From Candidatus Haladaptatiplasma halalkaliphilum (GTDB lineage Archaea > Thermoplasmatota > Thermoplasmata > Halarchaeoplasmatales > Halarchaeoplasmataceae), in the NCBI GenBank assembly GCA_019594055.1, contig JAFDTY010000002.1, forward strand, positions 1 through 45,393: a stretch of DNA of 45,393 bases, read 5' to 3'. This document shows positions 29,125-37,401 of this stretch, piece by piece. Within the stretch, counting starts at the first letter, position 1. The number at the start of each line of letters is the position of its first letter. The notes beneath the pieces were generated by a model. It was not told the origin of the DNA and did no database searches. It was given only the letters and a program-made list of their open reading frames with translations. Made by a program: the position numbers and the translations under genes.

Positions 29125-32100
29125 TTGTCAGGGAAGTTCCTCAAGGCTAGGCAACTGGCCAAGGAGATGGAAGAAAAAGCAAAGAAAACGGCCGAAGAGA
29201 AGAAAAAAGCAACTGATAGTTTGCAAAAGGCCGAAGATTTGCTGGATTTTTCCCTGGAACTGGGGGTTGACGTGGGTGAGGCCAAGGACCTCATAGACAA
29301 CGCTTCCAAGAAGATCGTTGACATGCGCTGGGAAGAGGGTGTGGAGGATCTGAACAAGGCTATGGAAGTACTGAGTCAAGCGAACTTCAGTGTACTCGAT
29401 GATTTTTTAGACGGTACAAAGGAAATACACGAACTCATGGGGGATACGGAGAGGTGTGATGGCTCTCGGAAAAGTATGGAAAGTGCCATTGAACTTGCCG
29501 GAGAAGGTAAATTCAAAGAGGCCTTGGAATTAGCCAAAGAGGCCATGGAACTAGCCAAGCTAGAGATCCACGAGAAGCTGACGGACGAATTACATTCGGT
29601 TGAAACCCATATGCTCACCCTCGAGGGTATGAATAAGGATACCACCGAACTCAGGGATATACTCGACCAGGCCAGGGCTTTGGCGGAAGAAAATAATTTC
29701 GGTGAGGCATCCACACTAATATCCGGCGTGAATGAAAAGCTCCACGGAGATCTACAGGAATCCCTCAACGAGAGCATATCACGACTTGAGATCCTGGTGA
29801 CAAAAATCCGTAACGATGGTGAGGATACAACCGATGTTGAGGCCTCCATAAGCAAGGCCAAGTCACGTGCTAAAAACCTGGATATCGACGGTGCCATGGA
29901 GATGATAAAGGAGGCCCAGGGTATCATAAACGAGTCTCTGGAGAATGTGGTGTTGGTAAGATTCCAGGAACTCAGGTCGGGCATGGATGATGCCATGGCG
30001 ATAGAGGCCGACATGGGACCGGTGAACATACTTTTGAAACAGGCCGAATCCATGAGGGACGAAAGGCTTTTCAGCGAAGCCTACAATATAATTGAAGATG
30101 CCTTCGAAAAGCTCGGGGAGGCAAAATTCCACCGGGTTTTAAGGACCATAGCCGAGTCCAGGGAGAATTTTATCAAGGCAAAGAATATTGGTATCGATAT
30201 ATCCGAACCCATGGAATTGCTCAACAAGGCAAGAGATGCTCTGAAGGAAGGGAATCACAAGGGCGCCCTGGATTGGGCCATGGCAGGAAGAAGCAAGGTC
30301 AAGGAACTGGTCAAGGAATACGATGAGATCGAGGCCAGGATAGAACGATCCAAAAAGATGATCGCCGACTTGAAGGAGACAAACATAGACCTGGAGGTTG
30401 CCGGAGAGATCATATCCGAGGCACAAGGTTACTTTTTGGATAAAGATTACCAGACCGCCGTGGAAAAACTGGATGAGTTCCAAGAACACGCTGATAAGGT
30501 AGCCTACGGCAAAGTGATGGAACTAATCGAGGAATTCGAGATGAATATGATGACTGCCGATGAATTGGGTCTGGATGTGGCTGAGCACTCGGAAATGCTT
30601 GAAAAATCCATCGCCCAGATCAAATCGGGTATATATTTGGAGGCCGGAAAGATAGCCCAGGAGAACATCGGCGAATTGAGTGAAGCTATATCCAGGGAAA
30701 TGAAAGTCCGGTACGAGAACATCAGAGTACTGGTGGAGAAGATCAGAAAGGACCTGGGTGAAGACGAGGACCTATCCGAATTGAACCGGGTAACGGAGGA
30801 CATGGAAAAAGTGAGAGATGTCATGGAGAAAGGCTTTCACAGGGAAGCCATCGGCATAATTCAAGGCATTTCCGAGAAACTGGAGCGCTGGCAGGTGGGT
30901 GAAGCGGACGGAGCCCTTGCAGATGCCAGGGAACTGGTGGAACTCGTGGAAAGACTCGGGATAGAGAACATAGACCTGAAAGATTACATGAACAATATCG
31001 AAAAGGCCGAAAAGGCCCTTGAGAATGAAGATTACACCACAGCCATACAAACCTCGCACTCTATCGTGGATGAATTGAACAACAGGATGCGAAAGACCTC
31101 GGAAGAACAGTTCGCACATGCAAAGATGGAGGTGGTGAAGGCAAAGAAGGCTGGGGTTGACATAGAGGAATCGAGAAAGAGACTGATAGACTGCAAGAAG
31201 CAGATAAGGGATGAAAACTATGCGGAGTCCATCAAACTCTCCATGAAGATCCAGGAGGAGGCTCTTACCCTCAGGGAAAAAAGGAGAAGCAGCTACGAGA
31301 TAATCACCAGAATATCCGAGGAACTGACAAGGTTGAGACGGGAGGAGGGATTGAAGGACGTAGGTGCCGCCAAACAGATACTGTTAAAATCGAAGGAAAG
31401 TTTCCAGAACAGGGATTACACCCAGGCCGAGAAACTTGCCGAGCAGGCGATGCTCAAGATAGAAGAGGTTCACGGCAGGTATAACTACGAGAACAAGGAG
31501 AAAAATCTCAAGGAACTGATCGCCGAAGCCGAGGCCATCGGTATGGATGCTTCCCAGGAGGAGGATGCACTAGAGCTGTGCATCAGAAATTCGAATAGGG
31601 GTGAATATGAAATTGCCGTGGAGAAATTGAGCGAAACAATAGAATCACTTGTAAGCAAGATGGAAGGATATGTTAAGCCCGAGATAGAAAGGACAAAGGA
31701 CATAATCGACTCTGCCAAGGATATAAAGATAGACCTCTCTGGACCGGAAACGAAACTAAATGAAAGTATGGAGTTATTGAAGAAGAAGGATTTCAAGAAT
31801 TCCGTAGAGAAGATAGAGGCGTGTCGAAGGGAGATCGAGGATATACGTGACAAAAGCAGAAAGGCGGCCAGCCAGGTTAAACAGGTCAAGGAACGGATGA
31901 CGGAGGCAAAAGACCTTTATGCCGATGTAACCGAAGCGGAGATAATATTGGGCAGGGCCATGGATGCACTCAAAAAGGACGATTATGATCGGACGATAAC
32001 AGAGGCATTGAATGCGGAGAAGAGCATATCCCGTGCGGAAAAAATAAGGGTTGAACGATTGCTGGCGGCCTTCGAATCCAAAACAAGTGATATACGAAGG

Positions 32101-33483
32101 CAAGGGATCAATACCGCTCTGGCCGATAACCTTTTGCGACGTGCCGAGAAGGCCATGGAGAAGGGTAGTTATAAAGAGGCGATCAACCTTGCCATGCAGA
32201 GCGAGGGAGAGCTGGAAAGGATAGAGCTTCAACAGGATATCTCCAAAAGATGCATATCAACCACCAGTGACAAGGTGAATGCTGCCAAGGAGGTCGGCAT
32301 AAAGGTGGAAGATGCGGACAAATTGCTGAAACAGGCGATCCAGGCCTATCAGGCCGGCTTCTATGTAAAGGCCTTCGACAATGCGGTGAAGAGCGGGGAC
32401 GTACTCAACAAGACAGTCAAGGCCCACGATAGCACCAAGGAACTCATGGGATTGCTTGACAAAGCGGTCAAGAGCTGCGAATACCTCGGATGGGATGTTC
32501 AAGATGCGAAGAAGTATATGACGGAAGGGGAGCAGGCATTCCAGCGCGGTCTTTACGTGAAAGCACTTGTGAGCACCAGGAAGGCAGAAAAGTCACTGGT
32601 CTCCTTGGAAAAAGACATACCTGACAAACTGAAGGAAACCGAGAACATAATAAAGAGGATGAAGCAATTGAAACATGATGCCGGCGGATCCGAAGAATTG
32701 CTCAGGCAGGCCAAACTATCCCAGGGCATAGGTGACGTACTAGAAACCTTCATGTTAATAGCGGATGCCATGAAGAAAGCCGGTGTAGATGTGCATAACG
32801 AGTACAACAGTTCCATCACCGAGGCCGTATCCCTGCTGGCAAGCGCGCACAAATTCGGTGCCGATATAGGGGAGGCGGAAAGACTTGTGGAGGAAGCGAG
32901 AACCCTGGAGTTCGAAGACATCGGCAAGGCAAGGGATATGGCCATGGAAGCGCTTAAAGCCGTTGAAAACACCCTTGACCCCTACAGCCCCAAACTGGAG
33001 ATGGAGTTCAAGGGTCGGATAGATCCGGAAGGATGGAGTAAGGTGACCTTCGTGATGACCAATACCGGTAAGGGTGTAGGCAAATCACCATCACTGGAGT
33101 TCCAGGGATGTGAACATAAGGACATGGTAATGCCTTCCATGTTGAAGGCCGGGGAAACCAAGGAGATCGAAGTGGAACTCAAGGCAATCGACGAGAAGGT
33201 AACCGTAAAGGGAAGCGTAAAGAGGGTATTCGATGACAAAAGCATCGAAGATGTTCTGGAAATAGAGCCCAAGGCCGGTTCCTACCAAGTCCAAAAATCT
33301 ACGGGTGAGGAGAAATGCGACCTCTGCAAGGGGAACATAAAGAAGGGACTGGATATGATAGTCTGTAGTTGTGGCGAAACCTACCACAAAACATGCGGTG
33401 AAAGGGGAAACGAGTGCAAGAAATGCGGCACCGGTTTCGCACCAAAGAAGGTCACATCCAAGAGGGTTTCCCTCAAATTGTGA
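29125..33483 (+). CDS. Giant (1452 aa) helical-repeat protein with C-terminal beta-sandwich and C4HC3 zinc finger (paralog family A)
   Basis: About 20 units of the same motif as in 6406..8646 are present, for example NIGIDISEPMELLNKARDALKEGNHKGALDWA and RQGINTALADNLLRRAEKAMEKGSYKEAINLA. These are followed by a beta-rich segment (KVTFVMTNTGKGVGKSPSLEF...ETKEIEVELKA) and then CDLC-x12-CSC-x4-H-x2-C-x6-C-x2-C. The start is a TTG at 29125 with GGAG 11 nt upstream; an alternative ATG lies at 29167. Confidence 0.75.
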   Translation: MSGKFLKARQLAKEMEEKAKKTAEEKKKATDSLQKAEDLLDFSLELGVDVGEAKDLIDNASKKIVDMRWEEGVEDLNKAMEVLSQANFSVLDDFLDGTKEIHELMGDTERCDGSRKSMESAIELAGEGKFKEALELAKEAMELAKLEIHEKLTDELHSVETHMLTLEGMNKDTTELRDILDQARALAEENNFGEASTLISGVNEKLHGDLQESLNESISRLEILVTKIRNDGEDTTDVEASISKAKSRAKNLDIDGAMEMIKEAQGIINESLENVVLVRFQELRSGMDDAMAIEADMGPVNILLKQAESMRDERLFSEAYNIIEDAFEKLGEAKFHRVLRTIAESRENFIKAKNIGIDISEPMELLNKARDALKEGNHKGALDWAMAGRSKVKELVKEYDEIEARIERSKKMIADLKETNIDLEVAGEIISEAQGYFLDKDYQTAVEKLDEFQEHADKVAYGKVMELIEEFEMNMMTADELGLDVAEHSEMLEKSIAQIKSGIYLEAGKIAQENIGELSEAISREMKVRYENIRVLVEKIRKDLGEDEDLSELNRVTEDMEKVRDVMEKGFHREAIGIIQGISEKLERWQVGEADGALADARELVELVERLGIENIDLKDYMNNIEKAEKALENEDYTTAIQTSHSIVDELNNRMRKTSEEQFAHAKMEVVKAKKAGVDIEESRKRLIDCKKQIRDENYAESIKLSMKIQEEALTLREKRRSSYEIITRISEELTRLRREEGLKDVGAAKQILLKSKESFQNRDYTQAEKLAEQAMLKIEEVHGRYNYENKEKNLKELIAEAEAIGMDASQEEDALELCIRNSNRGEYEIAVEKLSETIESLVSKMEGYVKPEIERTKDIIDSAKDIKIDLSGPETKLNESMELLKKKDFKNSVEKIEACRREIEDIRDKSRKAASQVKQVKERMTEAKDLYADVTEAEIILGRAMDALKKDDYDRTITEALNAEKSISRAEKIRVERLLAAFESKTSDIRRQGINTALADNLLRRAEKAMEKGSYKEAINLAMQSEGELERIELQQDISKRCISTTSDKVNAAKEVGIKVEDADKLLKQAIQAYQAGFYVKAFDNAVKSGDVLNKTVKAHDSTKELMGLLDKAVKSCEYLGWDVQDAKKYMTEGEQAFQRGLYVKALVSTRKAEKSLVSLEKDIPDKLKETENIIKRMKQLKHDAGGSEELLRQAKLSQGIGDVLETFMLIADAMKKAGVDVHNEYNSSITEAVSLLASAHKFGADIGEAERLVEEARTLEFEDIGKARDMAMEALKAVENTLDPYSPKLEMEFKGRIDPEGWSKVTFVMTNTGKGVGKSPSLEFQGCEHKDMVMPSMLKAGETKEIEVELKAIDEKVTVKGSVKRVFDDKSIEDVLEIEPKAGSYQVQKSTGEEKCDLCKGNIKKGLDMIVCSCGETYHKTCGERGNECKKCGTGFAPKKVTSKRVSLKL

Positions 33484-33487
33484 TCTC

Positions 33488-34018
33488 ATGGACCTTCTTA
33501 TACACGCATGTTGCGCGCCCTGTTCCACCTATTGTGTGAAAATTTATACGGATAGTTACAGGGTTGCGCTCTTTTGGTTCAATCCGAATATACATCCGTA
33601 CACCGAGTACAAAAAAAGATTGGATTCCATGCTATCCTACCATGTGGCGGAGCTCGTGTTAAAGGACGAGTATCTTCTGGAAGAGTTCTTTGAGAGGACG
33701 GCGAAGGTTGATAACCGATGCTCGGCCTGTTACCGATGGAGGCTGATGGAGACCGCGAAGAGCGCCTCCGAGAACGGTTTCGACGCCTTCACCACCACCC
33801 TTTCCATCTCCCCTTATCAAGACCATGAACTCATCAGAAGGGAAGGTGTAGCTGCCGGCAATATCCACGATGTGGAATTCGTCTATAACGATCTAAGAAA
33901 TGGTTTCAGGGAAAGTCGCAACACGGCCCGAGAGATCGGACTTTACATGCAAAAATACTGTGGGTGCATCTTCAGCGAGGCCGAGAGATACCTTAAGGAT
34001 CAGTGCCCTTCTCGGTAG
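33488..34018 (+). CDS. queH: QueH-like epoxyqueuosine reductase (DUF208)
   Basis: The N-terminus is MDLLIHACCAPCS. The blocks FWFNPNIHPYTEY, CSACYRWRL, FTTTLSISPYQ and KYCGCIFSE are characteristic of DUF208/QueH. The start is set at the ATG at 33488, 5 nt after the stop of the upstream gene. Confidence 0.75.
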   Translation: MDLLIHACCAPCSTYCVKIYTDSYRVALFWFNPNIHPYTEYKKRLDSMLSYHVAELVLKDEYLLEEFFERTAKVDNRCSACYRWRLMETAKSASENGFDAFTTTLSISPYQDHELIRREGVAAGNIHDVEFVYNDLRNGFRESRNTAREIGLYMQKYCGCIFSEAERYLKDQCPSR

Positions 34019-34788
34019 AACTTGCCTTCCCCGCCCCTCTCCTTTATTCGCTCGATGACTTCTTTAGCCCAGTTCTCCAGATCCTCTTCCGCTATCTTGT
34101 AATCCAGGGATTTTACGTCTATACGGTATTTCGGTGCCGCAAGATAGCTGACCGTCATCATGGAATCTTCCGTATCCCTTATGTTGTCCAGGGCGTACTT
34201 GATGTCATGAACCCCCCGGGGGGTCATTGAGAAAAGTTCGATGATACCGGTTATGGATATATAAGGTGGTGATATATTGTCTATGGCCATACTGGTAAAT
34301 TTTTCAACCCATTTCCCCTGGAAACCGTGTTTCTTCAGTACGTCGGGGTCCATGGTGCATTGCTCAAAGGCCTGGTATATGCTTCCGAACTCCTCAATCA
34401 ATCGGTATCCGAAGGTATCGTAGCATTCGTCTATATCCATGCCGATATTCTCGCAAACTATGCCCAGCATCTTTTCGGCCTTTTTATGATTCTTCCATGC
34501 CTGTATCTTCTGTCTTCGCTGATGCTCGTTCACCTGTTTCAACGAGAGGTCGATATGGCCCTTTTCCTTGGTAACTCGGAGTACCTTGCAGACCCTTTTC
34601 TGTTCTTCATGAATGTGATTTCTTATCCTCTTCACCCACCCGGATGATATCTCGGAGATGTGGATGAAGCCTTCCTTACCCTCGTACTCCTCGAGGTCCA
34701 CGAAGGCCCCGAAATCCCTCACATTCCTCACGTTGCATATGACGAGTTCTCCCTCGCTGGGCCATTCGTAATCCTCTTCTTCATCCAT
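34000..34788 (-). CDS. eif2a: Translation initiation factor aIF-2 alpha subunit
   Basis: The S1 domain reads GELVICNVRNVRDFGAFVDLEEYEGKEGFIHISEISSGWVKRIRNHI...IDLSLKQV. The start is the ATG at 34788, overlapping the S27e stop by 1 nt (TGATG). The track ORF is extended upstream to 34872. Confidence 0.9.
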   Translation of the reverse strand: MDEEEDYEWPSEGELVICNVRNVRDFGAFVDLEEYEGKEGFIHISEISSGWVKRIRNHIHEEQKRVCKVLRVTKEKGHIDLSLKQVNEHQRRQKIQAWKNHKKAEKMLGIVCENIGMDIDECYDTFGYRLIEEFGSIYQAFEQCTMDPDVLKKHGFQGKWVEKFTSMAIDNISPPYISITGIIELFSMTPRGVHDIKYALDNIRDTEDSMMTVSYLAAPKYRIDVKSLDYKIAEEDLENWAKEVIERIKERGGEGKFYREGH

Positions 34789-34970
34789 CAACCGACCTCT
34801 TCCACTATCTCGCCCTTGAATGAGGCATGCCCGCCTCCGGGGATGACCAGTACGGAGCCGCAAACCAGGCAAGACACCTTGGTGGATGATTTTTTAAAAG
34901 TTAGCTGTTCGTTACCGCAATCCGTGCATTTTACCTTTACAAAAGATTTATCTTTTGACATGATGATCAT
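34788..34970 (-). CDS. rps27e: 30S ribosomal protein S27e
   Basis: The 60-aa product has the zinc ribbon FVKVKCTDCGNEQLTFKKSSTKVSCLVCGSVL. Confidence 0.9.
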   Translation of the reverse strand: MIIMSKDKSFVKVKCTDCGNEQLTFKKSSTKVSCLVCGSVLVIPGGGHASFKGEIVEEVG

Positions 34971-35245
34971 TCCGTGAGATCCAGGCGCCTCGCCCGTTTA
35001 CCCTTTTTCTGCCATGTTTTACCGCATTGGGAACATGTGTACTTCAGGTAGGTTCGTTTAACAGGTTTTCCGGCACCCGATGGTTTTGGCCAGGGGAATC
35101 CTCCGTAACCCGCTGTCACACGTCTGAAACGCCGCTGACCCTTCCGCAGTTCGGAAACCTTTCTGTTCTTACCCTTGGAGATGTCCATGGTGGTGTGAGA
35201 GTCACAGCTTGGACAGTAATCCTTTACTTTTCGTGGCTTATTCAT
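34967..35245 (-). CDS. rpl44e: 50S ribosomal protein L44e (eL42)
   Basis: The product is MNKPRKVKDYCPSCDSHTTM...RKGQRRFRRVTAGYGG...KYTCSQCGK. The start is set at the ATG at 35245. The stop overlaps the S27e start (ATGA). Confidence 0.9.
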   Translation of the reverse strand: MNKPRKVKDYCPSCDSHTTMDISKGKNRKVSELRKGQRRFRRVTAGYGGFPWPKPSGAGKPVKRTYLKYTCSQCGKTWQKKGKRARRLDLTE

Positions 35246-35270
35246 GATAGGGCTCCCATTACTAGGTAGG

Positions 35271-35280
35271 GTATAAAAAA
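35271..35280 (-). promoter_or_regulatory. TATA box of the L44e-S27e-aIF2alpha operon
   Basis: TTTTTTATAC on the minus strand lies about 27 nt upstream of the L44e ATG. Confidence 0.45.
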
Positions 35281-35310
35281 TTATCCCTTTGGCCAGTAGC
35301 AGGGTGGCGG

Positions 35311-35487
35311 GATAGCGGGAAGATATTATCAATATATCGGTGTAAAGTAAAAATTATTTGGTAGCGCGACGATGGGTGAACATGAAAAAATTGTTCCTGC
35401 CACAGTAGATAATTTTCTATATCATCCGATGTGTGCCCAACATACGGTCTTTGACTTTCAACCCCGTTAAAGTGAGCAAAGAAAAAC
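35311..35487. repeat. Direct repeat copy 1 (about 177 bp) bracketing the hydrolase islet
   Basis: It aligns by eye over its whole length with 37226..37401, at roughly 85-90 percent identity with one 1-nt indel. An example of the shared sequence is tctttgactttcaaccccgttaa. The MKKLF... reading frame that is open in copy 2 is stopped in this copy (MKKLFLPQ-stop). Confidence 0.8.
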
Positions 35488-35682
35488 ACAAACGGACCAC
35501 CTTTCCCATCGTCCGTGTTCCATGAACAGGTCTTCGAAGAGTTGATGTAACCTCGGATTGTTCACAAGAACCTTGTGTTCGTCCAAGATCAGGTGGTATC
35601 GAAAAATCCATCCTCCGTGTAATTCGTGACGTTCATCGTCTTCTATGAGTAAGACGGTAGAAACGTTGTCGAAAGTCAGCAT
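35467..35682 (-). CDS. Hypothetical protein (71 aa), last gene of the hydrolase islet
   Basis: The ORF start overlaps the stop of the preceding 45-aa ORF (ATGCTGA). Its last codons run into direct repeat copy 1, so it may be truncated. I recognised no family. Confidence 0.35.
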   Translation of the reverse strand: MLTFDNVSTVLLIEDDERHELHGGWIFRYHLILDEHKVLVNNPRLHQLFEDLFMEHGRWERWSVCVFLCSL

Positions 35683-35813
35683 TTTTTCGACACTTCGTCG
35701 ATAGTCTCCAGGATGTCGCTACCAGCAACCTCTGTACCCCATGGATATGTGGATGACACGACCAGCAAAACGACCAAGGCACCTATGAGCAAAGCGAGGA
35801 ATATCCATTTCAT
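35676..35813 (-). CDS. Small single-pass membrane or secreted peptide (45 aa)
   Basis: My hand translation is MKWIFLALLIGALVVLLVVSSTYPWGTEVAGSDILETIDEVSKKC. It has an N-terminal hydrophobic helix. It lies 30 nt downstream of the hydrolase gene and overlaps the next ORF. Confidence 0.4.
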   Translation of the reverse strand: MKWIFLALLIGALVVLLVVSSTYPWGTEVAGSDILETIDEVSKKC

Positions 35814-35842
35814 CCGTTCTTTGATCTGCAGGGTGATTCACA

Positions 35843-37108
35843 TTAACGATAGTAACTTATTGGCGTTTCTTCTTGAATGGTTCTTATATCACCACAGCTA
35901 CTGCACTTGAATTTGAAAATGAATCTTGTAGCTACCCTGATAGGATCATGGCGACGATTCAAATCTGGGGCTTTGCCCACCTCACATCCTATAATAGGTG
36001 GTCTCCATCTTCTATTAGTCGTTGTACGACAATTTTCACATTCCCATTTTTCCCATTCAATACGATAGCGATGCCATCTAGGAAACGGTCGATCACAAAT
36101 ACCTGAAGAATCAAAGTTTCTTGGGCGATTTGTACCTTTTTTCCTATCTCCACATTTTCTACAGCGCCACCCTCTGTAACTTGTTCTCCTCCATGTATGC
36201 AGTCTTTCGTTCTTACCTATTTCGCACCCCCACCACCAGTTGGGCCACCATAATGAATCAGTAGTTTCGTCACATTCATTATTATTTATCATGTTTTTAC
36301 AAGCAAACAAATATTCTTTTCTCATTGAATTCCTTGCCTTTGGCCCTGTAGGTTTCTCTGACCTATAACCTACAGGCATCCAATACTTATCTTTTGAGTT
36401 ACAGTTACATTCGTCGGGATACTCCTGCAATCCTGTGGGCTTAGGATCCCCTTTTAAAATATCTCTTACTATATCCTCCGTGTTTGATCTATGCATCACT
36501 CCATTATGCCTTACACTTATGTTATCAATCAGATAATTACTGGCGTTTTCTGAAACGGAGGTGTGTTTCGGAACCATAACTCCATCACCGGTAGACCATA
36601 TAGAATGAAAATCTACATCCTTTGGAAAATCAGCATCATTTAATTCTCTGATAAAATCCGATCCAGGCCAAAGGAGATCACGACATTTACTGTTATTCAA
36701 TTGAACTCCCACAGATGTTCCATGATGGGGAGATGCAAGGGTGATCAACATATTAACCTTTGATTTTGTATCAGGATCTCCTATTCCCCCCTCTTGGAGA
36801 TATAAGCGGCAGGTAATACCACCCATACTATGGCCGATTAGAGCGATTTCTTCAACTGGTAATTTTTGCTCACAATGAGGACACAAATAGCCCTTTTCTA
36901 GTTCGTCCGCAAGGAAATGAGCATATTTTTCAAAATCCCAATCAGGTAATTTATATTTCCCTGGCATGGATAATACCATTGTCTCGTATCCCTGACCTTC
37001 AAAAAGTCGTATCAATCGCTGATTCTTTCTATACCATTGTCTGCTTTGGTCTCTATTTTTGATTACTCCCCAACCATGGACGAATACTGCTAATTTTGTT
37101 TTTCTCAT
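35843..37108 (-). CDS. Alpha/beta-hydrolase (lipase/esterase-like, GHSMGG nucleophile elbow) with basic Cys/Trp-rich C-terminal repeats
   Basis: The N-terminal half has VFVHGWG and IALIGHSMGG, then LITLASPHHGT. The C-terminal 170 aa contain three units of G-x-C-[ED]-x(15-21)-[WF]-x-C-x2-C in a very Arg/Lys/Trp-rich context. The gene is visibly more AT-rich than its neighbours. Confidence 0.7.
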   Translation of the reverse strand: MRKTKLAVFVHGWGVIKNRDQSRQWYRKNQRLIRLFEGQGYETMVLSMPGKYKLPDWDFEKYAHFLADELEKGYLCPHCEQKLPVEEIALIGHSMGGITCRLYLQEGGIGDPDTKSKVNMLITLASPHHGTSVGVQLNNSKCRDLLWPGSDFIRELNDADFPKDVDFHSIWSTGDGVMVPKHTSVSENASNYLIDNISVRHNGVMHRSNTEDIVRDILKGDPKPTGLQEYPDECNCNSKDKYWMPVGYRSEKPTGPKARNSMRKEYLFACKNMINNNECDETTDSLWWPNWWWGCEIGKNERLHTWRRTSYRGWRCRKCGDRKKGTNRPRNFDSSGICDRPFPRWHRYRIEWEKWECENCRTTTNRRWRPPIIGCEVGKAPDLNRRHDPIRVATRFIFKFKCSSCGDIRTIQEETPISYYR

Positions 37109-37225
37109 TATTTCAGAACCTCATATGTTTTTTAGAACGGATATATTTATATATGCGTCCCATTCCTAAAAATGCTAGCGAGTTTACACTATATAATATT
37201 TGTCCCACCCCTAATAGAGTGGTGA

Positions 37226-37401
37226 GATATCGGGAAGATCTTTTCCACATATATCGGTGTCAAGTAAAAATTATTTGGTACCGCAACTATGGGTGGACAT
37301 GAAAAAACTGTTCCTGCTACAGTTGATGATTTTCTACATCTTCCGAGGTATGCCCCGCATACTGTCTTTGACTTTCAACCCCGTTAACGTGAGCAAAAAA
37401 C
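37226..37401. repeat. Direct repeat copy 2 bracketing the hydrolase islet
   Basis: See copy 1 (35311..35487). This copy carries the intact start of ORF 37299..37541. Confidence 0.8.

Noticed and set aside
33371-33487. Upstream extensions of queH (33371), aIF2alpha (to 34872), L44e (to 35332), purF (20774), pyrG (17854) and FKBP (23518) as given in the ORF track.
   Set aside because: Each extension overlaps the neighbouring gene or lacks homology. Internal ATGs reproduce the canonical N-termini of the families: MDLLIHACC, S1 domain start, [22 protein letters not shown], and the TM anchor.
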